A stretch of 64,000 nucleotides of DNA from Balanoglossus misakiensis (GCA_040954595.2 CM082588.2:6088202-6152201); one strand, 5' to 3'. Shown: positions 37,201 through 60,488, counted from the first letter of the stretch. The notes: a model not told the origin generated them from the sequence alone. Program-made: numbers and translations.

Positions 37201-39758
37201 TTGCCAATAGCAAATTGGGGCGGGTCTTCAATGATGCATGACTAACGCATGATTACCGCGTGATATCCAAAGTACACGTTCTCGAACATTCAAAAGAGCA
37301 ACAACCTTCTCAACTGGTGGCGACTTATCGAACAGGTAATGTGTAATTTACGCCTCAGATATCGACAGTATCAGTAAATTGTCACGGCAGCCTATATAAT
37401 CCTTGGGTTTGGTTTTTGGTTGGTGCCCTATTCAATTTGGAGAAAATTCTTACCATGTATTACCATAGACATGAAACGCCCTTAACTTTAAATGAGTTTT
37501 CTACATTCAAAAAGAAACTGAAAACGAATAAAGATCGCGCTTGGTCGCCAGTGGAGAGACCATCATCCTTCTTTTTAAAAATTGACTCGCACGCTTGGAT
37601 AGACTCCATAAAACTCTGTACAGAATGTCGAATTGTGACACTGCGAGTGGCCGCTGGCCGTCTGTCGGGCTTAACTGAGACGTCCCGGACACTCCTACAT
37701 TCATGACTGGAGCAATGCCAATAAAGACTCGTTGGTCGTTGCCTTGCTGCTTACCTAAACTGTTTTCATTAAATCAGATATCACAATGTGAACCAAAGGG
37801 TCAGTTGACCATCACATGTATGGGTCGAGCAACGAGGAGCTCGTCGATGGTATTTTGCCAGTTAAGGATGTACGATAAGTAAAATTGAAAGTTTTGTCAT
37901 TTCTTTAATTGTGTATTTTTGGTTTCTCATGTGTATGCATAATGAAAATCTGTAACAAAATTTAGGGGTCACTACGCTTGTTTTCGAAATACAAGGCCGC
38001 GAATTGAGTTGATAATTGTAAAAATCTGCTGAGTCAGTATGTTTCACCAATGGTTTGTCTATGGGCAAAAATTCAGCGAAGTTTATCTCAGAATAGACCA
38101 TACGATTTTATTTGACCGATGTAGTTTTTATATGACTTAGTTATGTGTAAGATTTTATAAAATGACAATAGTAGAAGTGAGTTTTCTAGCTATTCTCAGT
38201 GTAATCCTATGGAAAAAGACGAATGCGCGCAGTTTTCCAGTTTATGTTCTCCGCGTACATCCCTAAACTAATTCAAAAAAAGAAGTGACACTAGTAGCAT
38301 TGTAGGTATCCATGCCTTCAAGAAGGGGGTCAGCTGGAGGGGTCAGGCGGTAGGAAGAGTTCACCAAAAGAGGGCGCATTTTATCATGCACATTCTACTG
38401 TGTACGAGCAGAGAAGCCTCAGGGTTCCGGTTAGAATCATATCGGTAAGACAAAGACAGAAGAGTTGACAGACAACAAACTTGTTCAGTTTCTATTAAAT
38501 AGTTATTACTATTAAACATTCCCTGAATCTATCCCTCCGGTCTTACCTGATACTACGGCAAGTTGAAACGACTCGTTTTTGATGGTTCGCCGTACGTCAC
38601 CATAAAGTGCAAGGCAAGTGTATTCACCCATATCTTCATTCTGAATGTTTTTCAGCATGAGTTCGGCAAAATTGGTTGAGATATTATTCTTTGTTGTGTT
38701 GCCGAATGTTTCGGAAATGCAGCCACTGTCGCCGCCGTCGACAATCCCTTTTGTGGTTTTCCAGCAAAGCGTCAGATTTGGCTGTGTTGGTGTAGCAGTG
38801 CAGTTTACTTGAAAATCCATTCCCGTGGTCACGTTGTAAGATTTAGTCGCACTCATGGGAATAATGTTCAACTGAAAGGGTTCTATAACAAAGAAACAAA
38901 CAAACAAACAAACAAACAAACAAACAAACAAACAAACAAACAAACAAACAAAACCAAAAAGGTCGAATCTAAATTCTTGTCCATAAACTAGGCATTAAGC
39001 ATATATACATATGTCACACACCTAACTTTGTGTGCGTGAGAACTTTAGCACGCCATGCGGGCGAGTTCACACCTTGTACAAACTAGTTAGGTGTGTGACA
39101 CATGTATTTCATCAATTACAACAACACTAACAATAAACACATACCATAAACCTTTAACGCAATGTCTTCGACTATTTGAAAATACTCGAATGTTAGTTGG
39201 CAGTGATATACGTCCTCATCTGTTTTTCTCGTTCCAGATATTTTCAAAGTTGTAAATGTGCAGACATATTTAGACGCGAAATGGTTATGTCCGTTTTCGT
39301 GTATTTTGCAAAGAAATGTTTGTGCTTCTCCCTTTGTCCAACGAGCAGAAACTATCCTGGATTGATCGTTTATTCTGACGGGAAATTCTAGTGACACCGT
39401 CGTTCCTAGTTCCCCCAAAATCGGCTCTTGAACACTTTGATGTTCCTTGTACGCTCCTTTACTCCCTTCTGTAATATATAATAATGATTGCTTTTACAGT
39501 GAGAGAGCAAAATGGTCTAATATAAAACATATAGGAATTGCTAAACTACATGCAAGATAAATGCTTCGCCGCAGTTTCAATACAAATACGTAGAACTGTT
39601 ACTGTCAAAGAATGTTTTTCTTTCTCAGCAACACATGAACGATATTAACATATACATACGAAACATCAGGCGTAAGATATAGTAGAAAAAGAAATGTACG
39701 TACAAATATACGTACCCACAAACAGGTTTATCATCAGAAAGTAAAATAAGCGTGTCAT
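26445..39758 (-). CDS. Receptor tyrosine kinase with 2 Ig-like domains, FGFR/RET-like kinase domain (about 715 aa, 15 exons)
   Basis: Exons 39758-39716 (signal peptide), 39468-39145 (Ig1), 38882-38547 (Ig2), 33779-33714 (S/T stalk), 32941-32760 (TM), 32442-32362, 32087-32037, 31704-31485 (GQGEFG, VAVK), 31283-31170, 28564-28383, 28074-27952 ([11 protein letters not shown]; GC donor), 27805-27694 ([16 protein letters not shown]), 27220-27124, 26957-26855, 26558-26445 (TAA). All phases are compatible and the total is 2148 nt. Confidence 0.88.
27245..27490. repeat. Compound tetranucleotide microsatellite (AATG/AATC/GAGT/CAGT)
   Basis: Direct reading; intronic. Confidence 0.9.
28124..28220. repeat. 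(CAC)n(CAT)n microsatellite
   Basis: Direct reading; intronic. Confidence 0.95.
28808..29619. mobile_element. PIF/Harbinger-like MITE (812 bp)
   Basis: TIRs ggctgcattcacaaacacctctggagggg / cccctccagaggtgtttgtgaatgcagcc with TTA TSD on both sides. Confidence 0.85.
29636..29750. repeat. Dispersed partial monomer of the 167-bp satellite in an RTK intron
   Basis: gtgaacaatgtgccataaaacaat...ggatagctgcgcaaaccagaaaacaacttgtacgttatctttt matches 23275-23390. Confidence 0.85.
30531..30591. mobile_element. 61-bp hairpin mini-MITE (TAG...CTA ends, 9-bp TSD; Academ-like)
   Basis: Perfect 25-bp arms and an 11-nt loop, flanked by attgtcatc / attgtaatc. Confidence 0.65.
33871..34956 (-). mobile_element. 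5'-truncated L2/CR1-group LINE (RT C-terminal part), disrupted
   Basis: [13 protein letters not shown] and YADDS RT motifs, C-terminal [11 protein letters not shown]. Frame break near 34180-34200. 3' stem-loop with GGATA followed by a (TTA)n tail. Candidate TSD tgacataa. Confidence 0.88.
35451..36678. mobile_element. PIF/Harbinger-like MITE with a nested insertion
   Basis: TIRs gggaccgttcagtttttacggc / gccgtaaaaactgaacggtccc with TAA TSD on both sides. Confidence 0.85.
35779..36124. mobile_element. 346-bp foldback MITE with TTAA TSD (Kolobok-like), nested
   Basis: agggacaaagtctctct...agagagactttgtccct. Arms are imperfectly complementary over nearly the whole length, with TTAA on both sides. 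Confidence 0.8.
37866..38262. mobile_element. Non-autonomous DNA transposon (TTAA-type)
   Basis: Short TIR ggatgtacg / cgtacatcc flanked by TTAA / CTAA. Confidence 0.5.
39005..39107. mobile_element. About 100-bp MITE-like inverted repeat
   Basis: atacatatgtcacacacctaact / agttaggtgtgtgacacatgtat. Confidence 0.55.
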
Positions 39759-40210
39759 TTTCTCCACAAAAATGGAACGTTATGTCAGCTAGAATAGAGT
39801 ACTGAACAACGAAATATATGGCGTAAACTTTGTTGTTGCGAGGCGTATTGCATGCATTAATGAAGACTATCCCGCTTGTGACACGACTGTTACAGTGTTA
39901 GCATGATGTCACAGCCCTTTTCTGACCACATGAACGGTTGATATGGACACATTGGCCGCTAGCCAACAAAACAGTCTTTGAATTTTATATAACCCGGTGT
40001 CGTAGAAACGTATGCCCTGACAAATATTCGCATGGGCAGTGGTCGGCCGCGCAATAAAACTGTCATATCTATTGTTCAAACCGTATCGCACCCCACCCTT
40101 AACTGATCACGCCGTCACATGACTATGACTGATTTTGGCAGCAGAAGATAACATATATCACGCAGTCATAGACAAATGTGACTCGAGCTCAGTGAATAAC
40201 AAAGGCAGAC
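39759..40210. promoter_or_regulatory. Probable bidirectional promoter between the RTK and the Ig membrane protein
   Basis: Only 452 bp between two divergent start codons, each opening a signal-peptide exon with a phase-1 GT donor. Confidence 0.65.
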
Positions 40211-49569
<9,359 letters not shown>

Positions 49570-50820
49570 CATTAACAGTTTGGATATCATTAAAGTAAAA
49601 TTAATATGGGAAGCATACTCTGGCAGTCAGCAGAAAAAGCGATTTTTACAGCAACAGGCTTTGGAGCTCGGGTTTTCATGCTAACTGAATTGTGAATAGG
49701 GCATTTACGTTTTAAAAAGTGACTGTTTTATGGCAATCATTTTAGCTATCTGGGCTTTCAAAAGGCCACGTCACTCACTTTATTAAATTGTGACATAATT
49801 TTAAGAAAGGTTAATTATGGGAAGTGTAAAAGTCTACGTAATGTTCATAGAAAAATGAGACGTGTTACACAATCATGCTGCGCGTTACCTTTTAAATTAC
49901 ACCTTTCCGGTCGTCAGTATTTGATACTACAGGAAACCATTGAGAAACGTTTTGTAGCATATTTGTTAGAGTAAGATCCCATTTTCATAAGTGCAGCCGA
50001 CTAATTGGCAGGATCCTGCCATACTGGTAAAAATACATGTATTGATTGACACGGTCACCGAAGCGGCATTGTGCAATGTGCAGCTCCATCTTTCACCCTT
50101 GTCCTACTTGTTGATACCGAATGTAAATTGACGTACATATCAACAGTAAATTGCACCTTGTACATTGTTGATTAAAGCCTTGGTGCCCTTCTCCAACTAG
50201 TACCGGTAGGCTATATATATTAAATAATTGTGCAGCGGCTTGCAAGACAACGCAGGGGACCTCGTGCATACCTCGTACATGTTTCGCTTGAAACTCGCAA
50301 CTATGGTGACCCCGAAACGAAATTTCCGTCAAAAATCAAATGGAAAACGTTTGACTGAATGTAGAAATGTAAGATAACACATGATAGGAAAAGTTGGGTG
50401 GTAGTGGTAGTATGTAGCGAACGATATTGATCCGTACAGCCATCCAACTAGATTAATATTTTATGAGTCATTTTAAATTAAAAACTAGTCGTTCATGCGT
50501 AATCGGCTGTATCAAATTATGGTTAACCTTGTCAAAGACACCCATTATTTACACTTACAGCATTCTTAGGTGTTTACTTTTTGTCTGAGGAGTCTGCGCA
50601 CGTCTTAAAAAATTAATCTCAGGTTTATGAGACCATGCATTATGCCCGAGCCGATTGAAAATCAAGAACAATTGTTACGATCTGTATAAAGGTCAAATAT
50701 GATTTTAAGGGTCAATTGATCCAGAGCTCGGGAATGTCAATGTTTGGTAGTATTTGATTTTATGTATTTGAAGTAGATAGGGAGAGCTGGTGTTTAACTG
50801 ACCTATTCTCATAATAACAA

Positions 50821-51233
50821 GGCCAGGAAGAAAAAATAAATTGTCCATCGGAATCGCCGCTTCTATTTTGGCTGATTTGGAATTTTTTTTTTTTTGGATC
50901 TTGGCAAATATACTACTTCCGCGTTACAAAATTCTTAGTACTGGCGCTGGTGGCCAGAATATGTTGTGCAAACACCACCTGTAAATGTAATGGCCTATGT
51001 TATTGTTGGGAAATATAGTATGGAATTCAGTTACAAGTACATGTATCAGCGTTTTGTCTGAGATATTTCTGGTAAAAAGGGAATAGTTATCTCGCCTTGT
51101 CTGCATCTGTGCAAATATGCCAGAGAACCGCATTTACCTTCAGCCTAAAAAAAATTAAAAAAAAATATTCGCTCGCCGCTCCTGGAATTTGGTCCCAAAA
51201 ATCCGATGAACAAGATTGTTATTCTTTCTGGCC
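50821..51233. mobile_element. PIF/Harbinger-like MITE (413 bp)
   Basis: Imperfect TIRs ggccaggaagaa...catcgga / tccgatg...ttctttctggcc, flanks CAA / TAA. Confidence 0.6.
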
Positions 51234-51418
51234 TAAAGAGAAATATTAGAGCTCGTTTTATTCCACAATTTTATTATACCCCTGTTATCGAATGGAAATT
51301 TCATCGATTATTGCAATCTGAAACCCCAAGCATTTTGGAAAATCTATCCAAGTATGTATTTCACGCTTTTAAACAGCGTCAGTGTCTTCTTTCTGATAGT
51401 AACTAGAAATTGAATTAA

Positions 51419-51501
51419 AGTTGTGTAGCCCTCTTTGATCAACAGTTGGAATTATAGCATGAGCATGTAGTCCCCTTCTTCAGGTGCAGTGCTACACAAC
51501 T
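51419..51501. mobile_element. 83-bp mini-MITE with TTAA TSD
   Basis: ttaa|agttgtgtagc ... gctacacaact|ttaa. Confidence 0.55.
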
Positions 51502-53536
51502 TTAATTCATATTGTACCGAAGATCAACACGGCAATACTCGAATTGTTAACTAGACATGATTGTAATTCTACTCAGAAACCTCAAGTGACTGTAACTTTT
51601 TTCGATATGGAAACGGTACATTAAGGCAATTGGCCTACAGTACCGAATAAACATGATGATGATTGTCACGATATGATTTACATGGTCACCGGTCTGTACA
51701 GTGACGACTTTTTGTTTTTGAATTCTGTTTTGTGAACGATAGTACTGTGAATTTACATGACACAAGCACATGGTGTTTACAAGTTAGAGTAGGTAACTGA
51801 GCGGGTTATTAACATGTTGTACGTGTTACATTGTACATCTGTTGGGTGGCATCGAGTACGCCAATCAACTTCTGAGACCGCGTTTGTAACAGTCGTGATG
51901 CAAAACCGGTCATATAAAAAGTCGATGCTTCAAGTCCTAGGGGCTCCACTCTACTTCCAGCATTCCTCTGCTTCAGGGTACAGAGTCACCGTCCGTGTCC
52001 GTGTTGGTTGGGCGTGCGTTCGTCTGTTGTGCCTGCCAGCCTACCAGTCATCGGTTGCGAGACATCGGTCACCTACCTGCATTTACGTCTGCATTGTCCA
52101 CTCACCGTCGACGTTCTCCGAACAGTCGTGAAGCCAGCAGCTCCGTTCCAGGCCCAGGAAATCGCCGTTTCGTCGGTTGCCGGACCTTGCTTCGTCGTTC
52201 TTCGCTCGGGGACTCTGGACATTGTTCTGGTCGTGAGTTTATGTGTGCCAAACTTTTCGACCCCCGCATTATTATAGTTTACTTCCTACAGAGGCATTTT
52301 ATGTGCATACTTTTGTATTTCGTTGTTATTTGTGAATTACAATCTAGTTACACCATATTTAAATGTGTACGTGTGAGCTCTTTTCTGCACAACACTCTGG
52401 CTCCCAAACACTCATTTTGATGATACTAAATTCACGTCACAGTTGGCTAGTGTATTTCTTACCATCTTGTGACAATGATGATGACTGCTCTGTTTGTCCT
52501 CTACTGTCTATGGTTTGTCGATCGTCATCGAACCGACTTTGTTATATAACGCTTTATGTAAATTGGTACGTATAGAGTTGAATTGATGCCCAATAAGAGA
52601 ACTTTGTTTCCAAAGTTGTAGGAAAAATAATCCAACGGGAGATGGGAGTACCTCAGGCTACTGAGTTCGTTCCCTTCCTCACGTACTTTACTGGGCGTAT
52701 TTGATGTACAAAATGTACTAGAGTAATTCCGGACAATAAATGAACGTGAATCAGATACGAGTCTCCGTGGATAACTGTTCTCGTCAGAGCCCGTTACCTC
52801 ATCTATACAGATTCCCCGATGCATGAAAAACAATAAGATTCCAGCGGTAATACAATCAAGAGGGTTCTCTCAAAATTAAGTCACGACACCTTATCTAGGC
52901 GCACGAACTAGGACAGAACGGGAATCGTGTGTGTAATCAACACAAGAAGCTTGTCAAAACGAGTCAACAAAAAATTAATGAAATTTAAAGTTTTTTTTGT
53001 CGAGTGTCTACAGCAACATTTGCATACAATGGTCGTCCTTTCTAATCAAGGAGCAGGTTGTTATCGTAGGCGTGGGTGGGTGTTTTTACATGATACAGAG
53101 ACTGACGTCACGTCACCCTATCGAAATCGGCGGAATGATTCAACGATTGAAATGTAATAAAATACACGGTTAAATACAACTGTACACGAAAGGTCAACCG
53201 CTGTGCATCTGTCAGCTGTTCGAACAATCACAGTATTTTGAATGGCAATGTGCCAGGCTAAAGTACCACATATTTAGGAGGGCAGGAACCAATTTAGGAT
53301 AAGGAAGACATGTGATGAGGTCTTCCATTGATTCAACTACCTCCTGGGGGCGCTGTCAAGGCAGTAGAAATGGTCACAAAATACTAGTCTAAACAATACA
53401 ATAATGTCAAAGTCTTCTCTTTCTCCAATATATTTTGAAACACCCAGCATTCCAACAATTATTGTTGAAACGCGAATAACACCGAAAGGGAATAAAAGTT
53501 AAAGCCATTTTTTTCTGTTTTTGTTTGTATTTCAGG

Positions 53537-53617
53537 GATGGATGAATGGATGGATGGATGGATGGATGGACGGAAGGATGGATGGATGGATGGATGGATG
53601 GATGGATGGATGGATGG

Positions 53618-53653
<36 letters not shown>

Positions 53654-53679
53654 ATGGATGGATGGATGGATGGACGGAC

Positions 53680-53708
<29 letters not shown>
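53537..53708. repeat. (GGAT)n microsatellite
   Basis: Direct reading. Confidence 0.95.
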
Positions 53709-53712
<4 letters not shown>

Positions 53713-53940
53713 AGGTTTTAGAAGATTTTTTTATGGAAAGAATAATCGGAAAGAATATAAAACAATAGAGTTCAGGGGTCATTTGCTCAGTATTACGCGA
53801 ATTCTGTCACCGTGGATCATTTTTGTGACACGTGATTGTATGCAAACTCTTGGTGGCGCAAGACAAGAATTCCGTACCAGTCAATGATGTTTTAATCGTT
53901 AGGTATTATAACCTTAATCTTTGGCATTGTATTATCATGG

Positions 53941-54100
<160 letters not shown>

Positions 54101-54192
54101 AGGTGAGAAGACGAGTAAGTGATCGCGCCTAAACCTGACGCTTCGCCCAACATCGGGTCACGCGGTAAGGGTCACATGTGTGGGTCATGAAA

Positions 54193-54208
54193 GCCGCCCT
54201 CTAGTGGC
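54193..54208 (-). promoter_or_regulatory. CTCF-like motif
   Basis: Reverse complement GCCACTAGAGGGCGGC matches the core CTCF consensus CCACTAG(A/G)(G/T)GGCG. Confidence 0.45.
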
Positions 54209-55632
54209 CTCGTAAAATCCATCATGGCAGAAGGAAGAACCCAGCGAGAAAGGTAAGAATAATGCCCGTTTTTTAGCCAATGTAGTGATAATTATAGTTA
54301 AAATTCGTCCTTGTCAGATCGACCGATTGTGTAACTTAAAATTTAAATGTATGTTTAGTGAAGAAAGGGTCAGGAAATCGACACTAGCGTCCCCTTCGCT
54401 TCGCGTCCGTTATGCCTAACCCCTGATAAAAAAAAACAAGATGACCTTATTTTGCATAACAAAAGATGAGTAACATGGCCAATGAGCGACGTTCTCTGCG
54501 GCGTGTCCTCACTGCCTCATCACTGAGCTGAAAATCATAATTTTCGTCAACCGCGAGGGAACAAATGGACTGATAACAGAACCAGACTGTGCAGCACAGA
54601 AATCATTTGCTGCACTTCTTTCACTCGCTGCTTTAGTGCATGAAGATCCTGCCGCAGATAAGACCGTATCACTCACTCGTGAAAGAAAAAGTTTTGTACG
54701 ACACACATCCTTCAAAGAGGTCCTGGGATTCCTTCACACTATGACAATGATTCATATCCATTCACGAAACGCAGCAAATTTTGTGCTCGTAGAGCTCTTT
54801 GTGACAAGAGCACAGAAATTGGAAAAGGGAATTATGTTCAAAAGAGCGTACAGTGTGGTTTAACCATGGGCGTCATCATCCAACATTGCGTACAGCATTC
54901 GATCTTTAATAACAGACAAAATTCGATACAATTGTATTGCACAAATTTATTTGTGTAGTTGGCTGTTACACATATTACATTCAAAATGATAAATTCATGC
55001 TAACGAAATGCGAGGATGTAAAAATCACATGGGCCGCCATGTAATTGCCCTTTTTGCTGCTCTTCACATCTCTCAGCGCCCTCTGTTGCCAGTGTTAGGT
55101 AATCCATTGTTTATTCTACGCACAGTGTGCGTATGTGCTAAACATAACGTATTTATCAAAATTGAAAATGACAATAATAAAATATAATTGCAGATTAAAC
55201 ATGTAGCTAATTGGACTACTATACAAATTAGCTAGTGCTGACGTAATCCAGTTCGTGGGATCTTAACCTTATTTTAAGTGCCATTACTTGGAGTTAGTTG
55301 TGTCGTGTCTAAACATCGCTGAGGTTATGCTCCTACAGCAGAAGTATAATTCCAGTATGCATCTAATAGGGTTATACTTTTCTATCCGAGTTGCAGGCCA
55401 TATAGAATTTGCCAATTTGTGATAATTTGAAACAGTCTTCCTCTCTATTCCAAACTGTTGCACGGTGACCCTCAACTTTATTCTCAACTTTCATAGAGAT
55501 ATAATCTAAAGTTGTCACGAGTAAAATATGATAGAAGGTTTGAGACTCTGATTATCGAGGTGTATTCGAAGGCATATCAGTCGGTTGGGAAGTCTCCATG
55601 GAACCTGTTTGTGGTTCTTGGGGGGACTGTTT

Positions 55633-57899
55633 TCAGTCTGTGGTAAGGCTGACTAAGAGCCGCCTCTTCCCAGTAAATCCCAACCTCGAGTGACACGCAT
55701 AGAGGTTATCCAGCGCCATGATGTCACCCTTCTGCATCTGGAAACCGACCGACACTTCCCACAACACTTCGCGAATGTGCTGCAGTGCCTCGGCCTCGAT
55801 TTCGCTCCCGTCGCCGTAGTAACAGTGGAAGGGGTACCTATCATCCGGGATGTCCAGGTGAGCCCACAGCGGGTGATCCTTGAAGTACGAGGCGTGGTGG
55901 GAGTGCATTTGGTTGAACCATACTTCTTGTCCTGCAACAAAGTTCAAAGGCTTGTCACACGAGTATTCTACACAATCACGCCGCCAAACTATAACAATCA
56001 CTTTCCAAGTTTTCACAATTTTCTTCGCCAAATGCCTATGACCTGCATTAACTCTCCTTCTCTATCCAAAAACCTCCCTACGATTCTAAATTCAGGAAAA
56101 GGGTTTCATTCACAGAGTCGTCATATAACCATAGTTAGTCCCGCTTCTTACCTTTACACACTAACACGATTGAAACTACTTTGTAATAATAATATCTTGA
56201 AAAACAGCCAGAAAAAAGTTTACATTTCACTGTTCTACTCGACGATCTTTTACTAACTTAAGAAAACTGCAATTCTGATACAGTTACTAACAAACTATAA
56301 TTTCAAAAGACGTCAGATTCACGGAATTCAGTTTATTTGTACGATATTTCTGGCTCCATTAGTTTTTTCTTGTCAACTCTCAATTTGCTTGGTCTGTTCA
56401 ATTTAAATGAAAAATATCACACCTACTCACCTGTTTTCGGATGAGTTGCAAACCCAGGCAGGTTGTAGCAGTATGTCAGGGAACCATCTTCTTCCCAATG
56501 AAAATTCCTCCCGTGTTCAACTAAATACTTTTCAACGTCTGCATTGTCTTCCGTGAAGAAGGCCTAACAATAAACAGAAGCAGGGGTGTACTTTATATCC
56601 AAGTATGAAAAGAGATGGATGTTGCCAACGATTACCATTTTCACAGTGTAAGGTATACGGTCATCTATGCAAATTTAACCACTGTTACCACGGGAGAAGA
56701 TTCGAATTTGGCCAATCACAGATTTTCGGTGGATGGCACACGCTCAAAAAGTGCGCCATCGCAGGGGACATTCGAAAACTTAGACATGCCATTTTGACTG
56801 TACAGAGCCACATGTACATTAAAGGTGACCGTATACCTTTTGTGTCCTGAAATGTGAAAACATCGTACAAAAGTATCTGTAGTGTTTAGTCGCCTGTTCG
56901 CATTATAAGCCCGAGGGAAAGTATGAAACAAATCTGGCGAGATTACTACCTCTTGCCAACTTGTGTATCCGTCTGGTTTCTTGGTTGGAAGGTGCCGGGA
57001 GTATCTGATGCCAAGGCGTCTCACTTTCTCCACAAGTTCGGGATCCAGTTTTGGTAACACATCTCTAACGTCAGTGATGACGCTTTCGCCTCCATTGCCC
57101 GGAAGTGGTGGTATGTCGCAAAAGAAGAATATCTAAGATGAAAAGAAGACATGAATAAGTTAATATTGATCCGTGAAAAAATACACGTATCTTACCTTCA
57201 GCAATTTTGCTACCCTACAGTTATCACGTAAGAAAAGAACCAATTGGCATTCGATTCATGTGATTTCGAGTTCAGAATAATCAGTTGGAACCTCGGAGAA
57301 CTTTGACATGGCCTTTCTGAACTCCGACTCGACCCCCTGAAAAGGTTACGTTTTACCTTCATTGGGTAATGTTCTAAGTAAGACATTTCTGTGTGGGGTT
57401 CGATAGAGTATTCGGACGAGTCGTCACTGGCCGTCATGATTTGTTGGGTGATCATTTGTCTGATGCCGATTCCTCCGGCGCCGTACGTCATCGGGGTGTA
57501 CCCCAGGACTTTCATGAATCGCGAGAAGGCGTGACTGCTGTCGCACTCAGACACACCGCGAAATAGAAGCGCCCCGTGAATGTGCAACTCGCGCTGAACG
57601 ACCCCAAGGACGTCTCGGGCGATGTCGCTCAAGGAGGTCGAACTTTTCTCTGCACAACTGGCGACGCTGTACAACACAGGGAAATTGTCCCTTGGACTCG
57701 CGACGTATTTGGGGAACTTGGTACCTTGGGTTAACGCCCCGGGGAGCCATTTTCTTCCAGCTACCAGCGCCGTTGTCTGGTCTGGTATTTCAACTCGCCG
57801 ACTGTAGTTGAATTTTGCCACACATCTTGTGCTGGTGGAAAACGAACGGGCAAGACTCCCAACTTTTCGGAAAAGAACCGAAACAGACTGCATTGTCAT
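55633..57899 (-). CDS. DdaC/SyrP-like dioxygenase paralog E (385 aa); its exons 2-4 may be shared constant exons
   Basis: Exons 57899-57357, 57132-56950, 56563-56431, 55931-55633 with canonical GT/AG. SIEPHTE and DNLYACHSRLGFTGKRRL motifs. Confidence 0.9.
56651..56838. mobile_element. MITE of the same family as 9751-9924, inverted
   Basis: TIRs aggtatacggtcatct / aggtgaccgtatacct. Internal ccaatcacagattttc.gtgg.tggcacacgc is the reverse complement of 9833-9866. Confidence 0.7.
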
Positions 57900-57932
57900 C
57901 GATTGTCAATGGTCCCACCAAAGCTAGCAATA

Positions 57933-58065
<133 letters not shown>

Positions 58066-59986
58066 CGGTTTGTAGTACAACGCAGCAACTGATATCTGTA
58101 AAGCCGACTCAACTGATCGACCTCGTCTGCATTATTATGTAAGAATTATGGCAGCTTCTCTTCTGAATATAGGACGTAGACAGAACGATTTGAATTAGGG
58201 GGAAATAACCTCAGGAGACAGTTGAAAAAAAGAGAGAAATCAACCACATTGATACCTGACCATGTTGAGTAACCGCCTCCCACCTCAGAAGGTGAGGTGA
58301 AAAAAGTGTGAGGGGTTTATTTTGTGAAATCAAAGAGACGTGTCGCACTTACAGTTTCATTTTATCCCTTACCCCTTACTGGGGGCGTCTGGTCTCTGCA
58401 AGCAGCCGATTTTCTTTGTGTTATTTGCATCGTGAAAGAATTCACTGCGTCACCTTTTGACGTGGGGTTTTCTTTGGTTATACAAATAGGCCTGTGTGAC
58501 CTGAGCATAGAATTGATTATTGTGAACAATTCTACAGATTTAAACAGTAGACCTTTGGTCTAGTCTATGCAAGGAAACAAGGGGTCACCTGTGTGTTACA
58601 TACACTCCTCTTTAGAACTGAAGTTGAATTCATGTCCGGACTAGAATTTGTTTGTCAATGACAACAGTGGTCGTTACACATATAGGCTATGTTGACAAGT
58701 AGAGTACTGGGTCTATAGCATGTTGTTTGAAGTAGAACAAGAAGTTGCATTTATACTAAATCATTAGAGCCAAAAGTTACCGCTAATGTCCATTTAACAA
58801 ACGACCGGTTGTGTGTTGTGTATACATATGCATAGTGCCCTCGCAAGTTATCGTCTGATACCCAGATTTATCATTGGAGGTGGAAAGATGACGAGAGAGT
58901 GCATGCGTCTACTTGTCACGATGGTTGAGGGCGACTGTCAATTGATTGCTATTCTCTACCTGATGTGTTCTCGCATGATTTCGCTCTATGGTGTTACGTC
59001 ACCAATGCCAGGCGTCATCACTCGTGTATGTGATTGGCAGCAGTGATCTCAAGGCCAACCGCAGTGATTGACAGGCGAGTTGAAATGGGATGAGCGGAGT
59101 GTATCAAGGACACACGCCATATATCGGTCATCAGCCGTTCAGAATAAACTACCTCATTGATTTGCCAGTTATTGAAGAAGGGCAGATTTCAAAGATAACC
59201 TCCAGAAATTAAAGCTAACTGCTTTCCGCGCGTGACGTGGTCAGCAGTCGGCGGCAAGAGTTATATATGTACACCATGATGCCACAAATGTAACGAACAA
59301 TAAAAATTCTCGAAATGATGACAATATTAATGACAAGATGACTTTAATTTTAGAGAGTAGGCTTCTATTGTCATTATATTTGGAGGGATGCCACTGGTTG
59401 CTATTGTTGTTGTCGTCGTCTTCGTCGTCGTCGTTGTTGTTCTCTTCTTTATGATTTATAGTTATTCGTTCGCCAAAATACATGAGTGTTCGGAGGGGGC
59501 ATGGTAGGCTTATGTTAATGATGTACCGGTCGAAGTAGAGTACATGCAAGCCAGCCAAAAAATCTGAAAGTGCCACTCGTATCGTCATCGGTACACGGGC
59601 CAATAGTCCTTTCCACAAATCCACACGAATATATGAGTGGTAAAATTTCTCAGGCTCACACTCTTCTGTACTATGAACCGTTCGAGGGACTGTCTTCTTC
59701 CAAGTCATCACGTGACTAAGATATCTCAAACATATCTAAGGTGGTCAGCCATTGACATATTTCTTGTCCGGGATTAGTAGAGGTCTTTGTGACCTCAATT
59801 GTACAACAACAAACGACTCAGGCAGTGACAAGTGTACTTCTGTGTTAAAAATAAAAGTCTGATCTGGGAGTTTGGACCATTTCAGTTTCTTTCAAGCCAA
59901 TTTGAAGGGAAAGACAACCTTGGTAGATTTAGGGACGGTGCGGGTACGAACATATACCAACCTCCGCCTCAAAACGTTGATCGAAT

Positions 59987-60030
59987 CATAGACCCTGGCG
60001 AAAGGGGTCCCTTTCGCTCCAGGGTCTATG
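59987..60030. mobile_element. 44-bp hairpin mini-MITE (CATAG...CTATG ends, 7-bp TSD; P-element-like)
   Basis: catagaccctgg...ccagggtctatg flanked by atcgaat on both sides. Confidence 0.65.
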
Positions 60031-60488
60031 ATCGAATCTAATGGACCATGTGTACATTAGGCCAAAATAGGTCACCGTTTGGCTGCTATATGGACCATTC
60101 GAACTTTTGGCCATGCTGCATGGGATTTCTGTTGCACTACCCAGTCACTCGTTCGGTTGGTTTATACGACATTTGCAATTGGTTGTATGACTTTATTAAA
60201 AATCAAAAACAAAACCAATGTATAATGTCGGTTAAAGTTTCGGGTGACGTAATGATGGCATAAAAGCAAGCGCATTGTCAACAAGTATTATCTTCATCGC
60301 GTTTCCAAAACTCGTAACCAATATGACAAAAGTAAAAAAAAATGGGTCTAGAGGCCTGATCTCTTTATAAGAAACAAAAAGGGTCTTCAAGTTTTTTTCA
60401 TCATTTAACATGCACACATTTCGTGAATTTTTCAAGAGGATCTCTATCGATTCAAATCGGATATGTCAGAAAAGTGTTTTTCTATTAC

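Noticed and set aside
51815-52394. Possible solo LTR (TGTTGT...ACAACA, TATAAAA at about 51913)
   Set aside because: No target-site duplication, PBS or second copy was found, and overlapping ORFs show no recognisable protein.
59370-59400. Short resemblance to paralog D intron 3 (QWHPSKY versus QWQHPSKY) as a remnant of lost exons of F
   Set aside because: Only about 20 nt of imperfect match with no adjacent exon homology.
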